DNA of 64,000 bases from positions 864,001 to 928,000 of the forward strand of contig OZ244650.1 of assembly GCA_965218785.1 (NCBI GenBank), in the 5' to 3' direction. Shown one piece after another: positions 32,148-40,448 of this stretch (positions are counted from its first letter, which is position 1; each line of letters opens with the position of its first letter). The position numbers and the translations under genes are program-made. Below the pieces are notes generated by a model that was given only the letters and a program-made list of their open reading frames with translations, searched no databases and was not told where the DNA came from. The DNA comes from Nitrosopumilus sp. (lineage in GTDB: Archaea; Thermoproteota; Nitrososphaeria; Nitrososphaerales; Nitrosopumilaceae).

Positions 32148-33761
32148 TTACTTTTCTGATGCTGCCCTGATAAATTCCACAAATGACTCTTCTGGAAATC
32201 CGGGCCTGCTGTTAAATTCCGGATGAAATTGAACCCCGAGATAGAATTTATGTGATGGAATCTCAAGCATCTCCATTCTTTTCCCCCCGTCACTCTCGGC
32301 TGAAAATATCATCCCTTTTTTTTCAAATTCTGAAATGTACTCTTTGTTAACTTCGTATCTGTGTCTGTGACGTTTGCTGATACTCGACGAGTTGTATATT
32401 TTTTGTGCAACTGTTCCCTTCTTGATTGAAATTTCATTTGCACCCAATCTAAGGGATCCACCCATGCCTGAAACCTCCTTTTGTTCTGGAAGCAGGTCTA
32501 TTATGGGATTTTTGGCATCCCTCTTAATTTCAGTCGAATTTGCATCCTCGAGATTCAGCACGTTTCTTCCAAATGCGATTGCAGCTAGCTGAAATCCAAA
32601 GCATATTCCAAGGTATGGTATATTTTTTTCACGTGCAAAGTCGGCAGTTTGAATGATTCCCTCAGAGCCCCTGGTTCCAAATCCTCCGGGAACCAGAATC
32701 CCATCATAGTTTGACAAGACACCCCAGTCTGTGACTGTTTCTGAATCTATCCAGTCAATCTCTACTGCCTTTCTTATTTGGGCGCCTGCATGTTTTAGTG
32801 CGTGATTTACACTCACATAACTGTCTGCAAGTGTGACATATTTTCCCACCATTGCAATTTTTATCTTCTGTCCTTCGTAATTGATCATGTTCTGTACTAC
32901 CGTGTTCCACCTGTCCCAATTGGCAGAGGCGTTGACCATTCCTACCTTGCCAAACTTTGTAAACATTGAATCCATGATTCCCTGATCATAAAGCATTTGT
33001 GGCACCTCAAAGATTGATTTTGCATCATGACATGATAACACATTTCCCGTCGGTACGTTTGTAAACATTCCAATCTTCTTTTTTGTCTTTTCCTCCAGCT
33101 GTGTCGTACATCTGACTGCCAAAAAGTCCGGCTGAATGCCTATCCTTCGCAGTTCTTGAACGCTGTGCTGGGTCGGCTTTGTCTTTTGCTCCCCTACCAC
33201 GTCTAGTGACGGTGCTAGTGTCACGTGAATAAATATTATCCTTTGCTGCTCCTCCTCGACTTTCATCTGCCTGAGTGCCTCCAAAAACGGCAGTGACTCG
33301 ATGTCTCCCACTGTTCCACCGCACTCTACGATCAAAAAATCCAGTTTTTCATCGTCTGCGATTTTCTTGATTCTGTTTTTGATTTCATCAGTTACATGGG
33401 GAATAATCTGAACGCATACCCCCAGATACTCCCCCCTTCTTTCTGCTTCAATTACTGAAGAGTAAACCTGCGCCGTTGTAATGTTGTGGCTTTTTGGAAT
33501 ATTCTGATTGAGGAATCTTTCATAATTGCCAATATCCATGTCGCACTCCCCGCCGTCTTCTGTTACAAATACCTCGCCGTGTGCCACCGGATTCATCGTT
33601 CCGGCATCATAGTTCAGATATGGATCTATCTTGACACAGGAGACTTTTTGATCTGCCAGCTGGAGTAGTTTTGCAATCGAGGAAGTCGTTACGCCCTTTC
33701 CAAGGCCGGACATTACGCCGCCTGTGACAAAAATAAATTTCGTCTGACTTTGATTGTCCAT
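32148..33761 (-). CDS. pyrG: CTP synthase
   Basis: GGVMSGLGKG, KTKPTQHSV, GICFG, RHRHRYE, QFHPE. Confidence 0.98.
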   Translation of the reverse strand: MDNQSQTKFIFVTGGVMSGLGKGVTTSSIAKLLQLADQKVSCVKIDPYLNYDAGTMNPVAHGEVFVTEDGGECDMDIGNYERFLNQNIPKSHNITTAQVYSSVIEAERRGEYLGVCVQIIPHVTDEIKNRIKKIADDEKLDFLIVECGGTVGDIESLPFLEALRQMKVEEEQQRIIFIHVTLAPSLDVVGEQKTKPTQHSVQELRRIGIQPDFLAVRCTTQLEEKTKKKIGMFTNVPTGNVLSCHDAKSIFEVPQMLYDQGIMDSMFTKFGKVGMVNASANWDRWNTVVQNMINYEGQKIKIAMVGKYVTLADSYVSVNHALKHAGAQIRKAVEIDWIDSETVTDWGVLSNYDGILVPGGFGTRGSEGIIQTADFAREKNIPYLGICFGFQLAAIAFGRNVLNLEDANSTEIKRDAKNPIIDLLPEQKEVSGMGGSLRLGANEISIKKGTVAQKIYNSSSISKRHRHRYEVNKEYISEFEKKGMIFSAESDGGKRMEMLEIPSHKFYLGVQFHPEFNSRPGFPEESFVEFIRAASEK

Positions 33762-34103
33762 CTTGCTATCTTTTGTCTGGGACATATCAACTGTATTTTA
33801 AAGGACTTTTTAACATTTTTTGATGTGGGATCTGTCTGATGGATATGAAATACCATCTTCGGGATTGAAGTTTTGTGTCTGTTTGGCGCCTTTTTATTGA
33901 GGCGTTTTAAATGGGGTTTCCCATGGTTAACATCCTTGGGTGCTCAAATACAGGTCTTCTTGGAATTGATAGAGAGGTTCTGGTGTAAAATGGTGATTTA
34001 TATCACAAATATTGGATTTTATGTTATTTTGTCGATTTAAAATGAACTCTATTGTTTTTAGTACATCCCTTTACAAGGAAAATTAGGAACAAGATCCATC
34101 ACG

Positions 34104-34119
34104 ATAACCCGACAGAACC
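34104..34119 (-). repeat. Orphan IS6-type inverted-repeat tip
   Basis: ATAACCCGACAGAACC matches the outer 16 bp of the TIR of the 34173-35781 element. Confidence 0.7.
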
Positions 34120-34324
34120 ATGAATGTAAATTAATAAATCATAGTATTTCTATATAAAAACACGGAATCTGGGGTTCTGTCAGGTTATAGACACCTGAAA
34201 AGATGTCCAAGGCTCCAAGTGCATTCATAACCAGCAAAATATGGAAACGATTGATTTAGAGTTTGTAAATTTACAGAATTTCCACAGGTGATGATTTATT
34301 AAGTTGGATTTTTGATATTCGTAA

Positions 34325-34768
34325 ATGGAACAATGGAATCTGGGAATTTTTACAATTATGTCTGCAATGGTTACGGTAATAGGAATTATTCTAGCTTCTC
34401 GTTTTGTATATGTAGATAATAGATACAGTAACATAATTAAAAACAAAGAAGTGGAGGTGCAAAAATTAAATGAAGTCAGAGATAAATCAGAATCTGATAG
34501 TCAGGAGATTATTACGAAACAATTGATGATTAACTTGATAATAGGAGAATACAAATCTAAACGTAAAGATAATAGAAGAATTGGAATAATATTGGATCTG
34601 ATTTCTTTATTTGCCATCATAATATTGGGAACAGTGACTACTTTGGGTTATTTTGGAAATTTTTATAATTTTATATTACTTATCATCTTATTGATATTCT
34701 TGTTTTCCCTACCAACACTGAATTTTTTGTTCTATGTAAAACATGTAAACAAATATTCGTCAATCTAG
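34325..34768 (+). CDS. Hypothetical 3-TM membrane protein (transposon cargo)
   Basis: 147 aa, very AT-rich, three hydrophobic helices. Confidence 0.7.
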   Translation: MEQWNLGIFTIMSAMVTVIGIILASRFVYVDNRYSNIIKNKEVEVQKLNEVRDKSESDSQEIITKQLMINLIIGEYKSKRKDNRRIGIILDLISLFAIIILGTVTTLGYFGNFYNFILLIILLIFLFSLPTLNFLFYVKHVNKYSSI

Positions 34769-35242
34769 TGAATTTTTTATTGTACTATTGACGGTGTATT
34801 TTGGATATGCCTCATAAATCTGTTTTAACATTTCAATGAAATTCATGGTTTGTAATTGTCTAATCTTGTCATTAATTTTCATCATTTCGTCTGTGGTGTT
34901 GTAGAATAATTTGCGCCATTTAGTACGTCCTTTAAGTGTAAGCGTATACTGGTTGTAGTTTCTTTCTTTATCAATTATCTTTTTAGCTAATATCTCATCT
35001 GTAATACATTCATCAATATCTTGGTTTAACTGTTTACTGTATGGTCCAAAATGATGAGGTATCCAATCATCATAAAAATTAAAAGTAGGATAGGTTTTTT
35101 TTAATTTTGTTAATTCCTTTTGATATTGTTTGAATAATAAAAAACCATATTTTTGAAATCTTGTAGAACCTCGTATGATATTGTCATTGATTATGAATAA
35201 TACTCGCTCTTCTGATTTTAATACAATTGTATTTGTTTCCAT
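34760..35242 (-). CDS. Panacea/SocA/YwgA-like wHTH protein (transposon cargo)
   Basis: GSTRFQKYGFL, FGPYSKQL..DI, YTLTLKG, IYEAYP. Confidence 0.75.
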   Translation of the reverse strand: METNTIVLKSEERVLFIINDNIIRGSTRFQKYGFLLFKQYQKELTKLKKTYPTFNFYDDWIPHHFGPYSKQLNQDIDECITDEILAKKIIDKERNYNQYTLTLKGRTKWRKLFYNTTDEMMKINDKIRQLQTMNFIEMLKQIYEAYPKYTVNSTIKNSLD

Positions 35243-35364
35243 TATTTATTCGTCCACACCAGTAATTGCCTTTTATCTTTGATTTTTTGCATGTCTAGAA
35301 TATGTATTATTATGCTTATGTGCTTTGTGCATTAATACACATATTCCGATGAATGCGGCGAGGA

Positions 35365-35411
35365 GATTCTGGTGCAAAACAATGATTAGATTACCAAAAT
35401 GCATCAGAATC
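35365..35411 (-). mobile_element. 47-bp palindromic IS6-type mini-element
   Basis: GATTCTGGTGCA...TGCATCAGAATC; same length and core as 36942-36988. Confidence 0.8.
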
Positions 35412-35550
35412 GATCATTAGATAGAATCACAAGCAGGAATTCTTTTAAAATGTCTAATTTACTGAAATTCATTAAATAAGATGGTTTTACCCATTTTAGC
35501 ATTAATTTGTCCTTACAATAGCCCAAGGTCTAATAGCATTAAGTAGCGAC

Positions 35551-35595
35551 TCCAATACAGTAGAATCCAACACAGTGGAATTCAATACGGTAGAA
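35551..35595 (+). repeat. 15-bp tandem repeat x3 (encodes SNTVE) in a small frameshifted ORF (about 35481-35685)
   Basis: TCCAATACAGTAGAA / TCCAACACAGTGGAA / TTCAATACGGTAGAA. Confidence 0.7.
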
Positions 35596-35781
35596 CCCAT
35601 TAGATCATATTATGAAAATGGAAAATTAACAACTGAATTTCATATTGGAAAAAAATATCAGGGTAGTAAATACATAAAAAAATAATCAAGTCAAAATATT
35701 ATTAATAATCTAGTCTATTTTTTAATAATCTTTATTGTGCATAAAAATCATCTTTTCAGGTGTCTATAACCCGACAAAATC

Positions 35782-35997
35782 GAATCTGGCAATACTAGTA
35801 AATTTACTATTCATATTCAAAGAGAGGATGATGGCGGATATAGCGGTCGGTGCCTAGAAATTCCGGCGGCTATAAGTCAGGGCAATTCATTAGATGAATT
35901 AAAAAAGAATGTGCAAGAAGCCATACAACTATCTTTAGAATATTTAAAAGATAAAGCCAAAAAAGAAAACAAGGAATTAATCGAGATTTATACATAA
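35782..35997 (+). pseudogene. hicB: HicB antitoxin separated from its 5' end by the transposon insertion
   Basis: ESGNTSKFTIHIQREDDGGYSGRCLEIPAAISQGNSLDEL; the TSD lies in codons 2-4. Confidence 0.88.
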
Positions 35998-36000
35998 TAA

Positions 36001-36216
36001 TTGACTCTTAGAAATCACAAATAGCGTGATGTTTATCGGGTTTTAGTTGATCATGGATTTTATGTTGATAGACAACGAGGGGATCACATGCACATGATCA
36101 ACTCTGCTGGTAGACATGTTGTTCTTGTAAAAACTAGTCCGATTAAAATCGGCACTTTGAAAAATATCTTAATTCAGGCTGACATAACACAAGAAGATTT
36201 TATTAAAGAAGTTTAG
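36001..36216 (+). pseudogene. hicA: HicA toxin with a premature TAG at codon 8
   Basis: MTLRNHK*RDVYRVL..GFYVDRQRGDH...IKIGTLKNIL; the paralogue at 21999 has Trp (TGG) at this position. Confidence 0.9.
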
Positions 36217-36369
36217 AAAAATTCAAATTCATTTAATCCAATATTGATAATTTTTATAATAATACTGGTAGAATGAATAGTAAACTGTCAATTCATCCTG
36301 TATCTAAAATATTTTCTGCCGTATTTAACATCAGGCTGTGCCGCCACATTTGATATTTTCCGGTCTGCG

Positions 36370-36710
36370 TAGTGTAGACAGTTTGGTCTTTTCTTTGACT
36401 TCCATTTCACTGCTAAATGACTAATTAACAAAGATGGAACAGTTGTACAGATTTCTTTTGCTTCAATTGGAGGAGTTGCATCATTTCTAATGTGAGATGC
36501 TGCAACTGTAACATATCCCATTGCCTCACCTTTAATTTTTAGCTGATACATTCGAATTATATTCTCTAACATCACCTAAAGAAATGTTTTGATAGTAATC
36601 TGTAAATTCTGGTACATCGGATTCAAAATCATCCTCTAACAAATCTGATTCTTGAACTTGCAGTATTCATATTCTATTGAATTGAAATCTATCTTTGGTA
36701 AAGATAATTT
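36370..36710 (-). pseudogene. GNAT acetyltransferase toxin remnant (frameshifted)
   Basis: DFESDVPEFTDY..., then GYVTVAASHI and VPSLLISHLAV in another frame; the acetyl-CoA motif is lost. Confidence 0.65.
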
Positions 36711-36717
36711 TTAAAAA

Positions 36718-36867
36718 TTAGAAATTTGATTTAGGATTGGCTTTTTCTACGTGTTCTTGAGCTCTTTTCAAATTTGCCATCTGTTCGGGGGTTGCTCCTG
36801 TTTTCAAGTTTTCTTGTAATTTTCTAGTTTGCATTTTATCAAATGGTTTAACGTCTCGCAATGCCAT
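36718..36867 (-). CDS. 49-aa protein, putative antitoxin of the GNAT module
   Basis: MALRDVKPFDKMQTRKLQENLKTGATPEQMANLKRAQE..., directly upstream of the GNAT remnant, with a TATA-like box upstream. Confidence 0.55.
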   Translation of the reverse strand: MALRDVKPFDKMQTRKLQENLKTGATPEQMANLKRAQEHVEKANPKSNF

Positions 36868-36941
36868 AGTAATATGAATATAAGAAATGTTATAAAAAAA
36901 TACTATGAGATTATCGGGATCTGATTATATAGGTTAGACTT

Positions 36942-36988
36942 GATTCTGGTGCATTTTGGTGATCAGATCACTAGAATCCACCAGAACC
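36942..36988 (+). mobile_element. 47-bp palindromic IS6-type mini-element
   Basis: GATTCTGGTGCATTTTGGTGATCAGATCACTAGAATCCACCAGAACC is an imperfect palindrome. Confidence 0.85.
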
Positions 36989-36990
36989 AT

Positions 36991-37082
36991 GCAGAGGCTG
37001 TCTAGTCTGGTATGTCGTTTGCCTTAAGAGTGGATGACTGTCATGAGTTTCGGGGGGTTCAAATCCCCCCTTCCTCTCTGCG
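36991..37082 (+). pseudogene. Decayed tRNA-Leu(TAA)-like sequence
   Basis: GCAGAGG...CTCTGC acceptor ends, TAGTCTGGT D-loop, CTTAAGA anticodon loop, long variable arm, GGGGGTTCAAATCCCCC T-arm; stems mismatched. Confidence 0.75.
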
Positions 37083-37112
37083 TCAGCTCCCGCTAACTTA
37101 CCGGAGCATCCT

Positions 37113-37152
37113 AGGATGTTTTGGTGATCAGATTATCATTTGTATCAGAACC
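37113..37152 (+). repeat. Degenerate second copy of the 47-bp mini-element
   Basis: TTTTGGTGATCAGAT...TGTATCAGAACC. Confidence 0.65.
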
Positions 37153-37211
37153 ACATAAAATTTCAATCTGGAGAAGATCATATTTTGTGCCATATCTGCA
37201 TACTTGGTACC

Positions 37212-37401
37212 TATATCGCTATTAGAAATAGTATTTAAAACAAAACGATATATCGCTATCCAAAATAGTATTTAAAACAAAACGATATATCGCTATCCAA
37301 AATAGTATTTAAAACAAAACGATATATCGCTATCCAAAATAGTATTTAAAACAAAACGATATATCGCTATCCAAAATAGTATTTAAAACAAAACGATATA
37401 T
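37212..37401. repeat. 37-bp tandem repeat x5 in a promoter region
   Basis: Unit TATATCGCTATCCAAAATAGTATTTAAAACAAAACGA; GTATTTAAAA recurs at 37231, 37268, 37305, 37342 and 37379; no spacers. Confidence 0.97.
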
Positions 37402-37434
37402 TTTTATTAAAAATGGTGTCTAACAAACCACATA

Positions 37435-38058
37435 ATGAAAAAGGAGATCCGTACTAATATCAAAGATAGGGTGGCAAGAATACTGTTTAATGAACCGGGC
37501 GGAACACTGACAAAATATCAAATAGCAAAATTAGCAGGTAGTGGGTATCCGTGGATTCATAGTCTTTTGAAAAAATTAGAACAGCAGGGAATCATTCAGA
37601 AAACCAAAGTAAAGAATTTTGAATCATTGATGGAATGGTGGAAACAATGTCAACCCATTCCAAAAAATAGAGAATATATGATTCAAAGACCGTTAGAATT
37701 ATTAAAACAGACCAATCTGGAATACGCCCTTACAACATACCAGGCAGAAAATATGGTACAAAATTACCTATTTCCAACACGAACCGATATCTATATCCGT
37801 CAATCAGACAAACTAAAGTGGCACAAACTGCTAGTTCAAAACGGACTGGTCGGTAGGGGAAACATGAGGATTTTCATTGGAGATGATCATGTATTTTACA
37901 AATCGTTCAAAGTAGACGGCTTTTCACTGGTGTCAGTACCTCAAATAATGTCTGATTTGTATCGGGAGGGCAATGTTGGTATCGAGGCAGCAGATATGCT
38001 GTTAAAAAAGGTGGAGAAAGGCGCTCTGCAAAATCAAGTCAGACATATCAAAATATAA
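37435..38058 (+). CDS. AbiEi-like type IV antitoxin / wHTH regulator (no cognate toxin downstream)
   Basis: N-terminal wHTH; YALTTYQAE, TDIYI, GNMRI, VSVPQIMSDLY..G...EAADML. Confidence 0.78.
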   Translation: MKKEIRTNIKDRVARILFNEPGGTLTKYQIAKLAGSGYPWIHSLLKKLEQQGIIQKTKVKNFESLMEWWKQCQPIPKNREYMIQRPLELLKQTNLEYALTTYQAENMVQNYLFPTRTDIYIRQSDKLKWHKLLVQNGLVGRGNMRIFIGDDHVFYKSFKVDGFSLVSVPQIMSDLYREGNVGIEAADMLLKKVEKGALQNQVRHIKI

Positions 38059-38219
38059 TTTAATCAGTGCTTTCAATACTTTTTTTCTAAACATTTTAAA
38101 CAAATTATCGGATGTAATTAACCCGAAAAGATTCCCGTCCGGTACTGCTTAAATTGAAATATCCGTTACCCGTCTGCTATTTCCGTATGTCTGCTTTTAG
38201 GATTTTGATGAATATGTAG

Positions 38220-38759
38220 TTATACCATGCCGGCTTCTGCATTTGAATCTACAGAAACCGAAATAGACGTATTGTGGATGGCGTGAATTATGGGATCTCC
38301 CAAATCATTACTATACTCCGGATACAGATAAGCCGTATTAAGCGTAGTTTTAGTTCTTAACATGACGGGTGTCTCCCCCTGTAATACATATTCATTCCAG
38401 GGTTCATCTGTTTGTTCTTTTATTATATATGAAAACAGATCTTGTTTTTTACTGGAATTGATAAACTGAGGCTGCCAACGTTTTGCGGATTTTATTTTTT
38501 CACCCTGATTGACATATCCCACCATTGGATGATAGGATATAAAATATCTCATATGATCAGGAATGTTTACCATGTTGGGAACATTTGCAAATTTTTCATC
38601 ACGAACTTTTAAAATATTGATAGGTATGTTTGCAACACGCAAAAACCCCTTTACTGATGGATGTTCAATTTTGTACATATTGTATTCGAATTTTTTAACC
38701 TTAAACAGAATTGAATCTGCATCCTTTTTGGGATTGATGGAAATAGAGCGGTCTGACAT
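38220..38759 (-). CDS. Hypothetical protein with an internally duplicated beta-rich module
   Basis: FEYNMYKIE...FLRV and EPWNEYVLQ...MLRTK...LGDPII. Confidence 0.7.
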   Translation of the reverse strand: MSDRSISINPKKDADSILFKVKKFEYNMYKIEHPSVKGFLRVANIPINILKVRDEKFANVPNMVNIPDHMRYFISYHPMVGYVNQGEKIKSAKRWQPQFINSSKKQDLFSYIIKEQTDEPWNEYVLQGETPVMLRTKTTLNTAYLYPEYSNDLGDPIIHAIHNTSISVSVDSNAEAGMV

Positions 38760-38762
38760 TTC

Positions 38763-39152
38763 TCATTGACCTGGTTTTATCATGGGTTTCTGCAGATGTT
38801 TTAGATCCGTTGTGGATTCTCCGGTGAATTCTTTATCATTATACTTTGAGATATTTTCAGAAATATTGGATGTAATCTCTGCATCAAAGGAATCAAGAAA
38901 AACAGTTTCCCCATCCACGCTGACCTGAGCCGTTCTCTGTATTGTACCTGCCTGATATGCTGATCTTTGCAAATCCTCATATTTTTTCTCAGAGAACATG
39001 CTATAATGACACATTGGGCAGCGCAAACCATCAAAAGCACCCAGAAAACTACCATCCTCAAAATAGGGTACAAGACTTTTAGCAAGTGCGGTTTTACAAT
39101 CCGGACAACCAAATGCCCCTGATTTTAACTGAATTGGGTCTTTTTGTGTCAA
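38763..39152 (-). CDS. YgiT/MqsA-type zinc-finger protein
   Basis: CPDC...F.G.FDGLRCPMC..SMF. Confidence 0.7.
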   Translation of the reverse strand: MTQKDPIQLKSGAFGCPDCKTALAKSLVPYFEDGSFLGAFDGLRCPMCHYSMFSEKKYEDLQRSAYQAGTIQRTAQVSVDGETVFLDSFDAEITSNISENISKYNDKEFTGESTTDLKHLQKPMIKPGQ

Positions 39153-39463
39153 GTTGCTAGTCCTACTATCTCAGGTAATTATTTAATATAAATGGTTTTT
39201 AAAAATAATTTACAGGTGTATTGAGAAGCATTACAATCAAGCCTGATTTTATCCGATAAGCACATTTTTTATTTTTGTCGCCTTGAAGTACATCCTACTT
39301 TTGTTTTGGGATGCCGTGTTTGATTCTGACAGGATTTTATTTAACGCGTCTGGCAGCATGTCATAAACAACATGCAGATCGTATTTGGCTACCTGGATCC
39401 CAAGCATGATTGTCAAACCCGCCTCAATAGATTGCGATCATAGAATCTGCCAAAATGATCTTA

Positions 39464-39610
39464 TCATTTCAAGATCTTTACAACTGTAAAAAAATCCCTT
39501 GTTTTTTTAACGACTATACAGGATTTCAGAGGATCTTTTTTATTTTTCCAATGCGTATCATACATGAAGACCTCGAGTTCGGTGGCCATATCTGGGGTGA
39601 CCTCCATCAT
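39464..39610 (-). CDS. Small hypothetical protein
   Basis: MMEVTPDMATELEVFMYDTHWK..., just downstream of trpA. Confidence 0.4.
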   Translation of the reverse strand: MMEVTPDMATELEVFMYDTHWKNKKDPLKSCIVVKKTRDFFTVVKILK

Positions 39611-39632
39611 ATCAGATAATTTGGCCGCCACT

Positions 39633-40448
39633 CTATGACGATTCAAGCATTGTCTGTCTCTTGAGACTTTTTGTAAATGATGCAATTTTTGCCTCCAGTT
39701 TATTTTGGGGTGTTTTTTCAATCAGTTTCAAGTATGCACTTCCGACGATTACCGCATCTGCACCGGCACTGATGTATCTTTTTACATCCTCCGGAGTTGA
39801 GACGCCAAAACCCACCCCCACCGGGAGTCCTCCTCCTTTCCTGGTGTATCTTTTGACATCCCTGATTGCCTTTAGCGTGTAATCTTTAATCCCCGTCTTG
39901 ACACCTGTCGTTCCGTAAACTGCTACAAGGTATAGAAATCCAGTCGATGCCTTGGCAATCTCCCGTATTCTTGTCTTTGTGGTATTGGGCGATATCAAAA
40001 ATATCGTGTCTGCCTTGTTCTTTGCCGCGTGCAGGTACTCTTTTGACTCCTCTACTGACATGTCTGGGAGAATAAACCCGTCAATTCCCGCCCCTGTCGC
40101 TTTTGAAATAAATTCCTGATATCCCATGTGATACAGTATGTTGGTGTACGTCATTAGTACCAGTGGGATATCAGTCTCCTTTCTGATCTTTTTTACAAGA
40201 TTCAGAAACTTGTCCACAGTAGTGCCTTTTTCAAGTGATACGGTACCTGCATTCTGAATTACCGGTCCGTCTGCCAGGGGATCTGAAAATGGAAAGCCCA
40301 GTTCTATGATGTCTGCCCCGCCCTTTACCAGCCCCCTTACTGCCGTAATTGTCGCCCTCTCATTTGGGAATCCGGCCATGATATATGAAATCAGCGCCTT
40401 TTGATTTCCTGCCTCCATCTCTGCAAACTTTTCCTTAATCTTTGACAT
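39633..40448 (-). CDS. trpA: Tryptophan synthase alpha chain
   Basis: [33 protein letters not shown]. Confidence 0.98.
   Translation of the reverse strand: MSKIKEKFAEMEAGNQKALISYIMAGFPNERATITAVRGLVKGGADIIELGFPFSDPLADGPVIQNAGTVSLEKGTTVDKFLNLVKKIRKETDIPLVLMTYTNILYHMGYQEFISKATGAGIDGFILPDMSVEESKEYLHAAKNKADTIFLISPNTTKTRIREIAKASTGFLYLVAVYGTTGVKTGIKDYTLKAIRDVKRYTRKGGGLPVGVGFGVSTPEDVKRYISAGADAVIVGSAYLKLIEKTPQNKLEAKIASFTKSLKRQTMLESS

Larger units (their letters stand above)
34173..35781. mobile_element. Non-autonomous IS6-type passenger transposon (no transposase)
   Basis: 33-bp TIRs at 34173-34205 and 35749-35781 (30/33 identical, GGTTCTGT start); exact 8-bp direct repeat GAATCTGG at 34165-34172 and 35782-35789. 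Confidence 0.92.

Noticed and set aside
36022-36024. Pyrrolysine or amber recoding of hicA
   Set aside because: No pyl genes are seen, TAG is used as a normal stop elsewhere, and a single TGG-to-TAG change explains it.
36942-36988. Integron attC or Xer dif site
   Set aside because: No RYYYAAC/GTTRRRY boxes or 11-6-11 dif layout and no tyrosine recombinase; the ends and 8-bp duplications fit IS6 better.
36991-37082. Functional tRNA-Leu gene
   Set aside because: D and anticodon stems are mismatched and extra bases lie between the T-arm and the acceptor strand, so it is called a pseudogene.
37212-37401. CRISPR array (37-bp repeats)
   Set aside because: Units are contiguous with no unique spacers, and there are no cas genes in the window.
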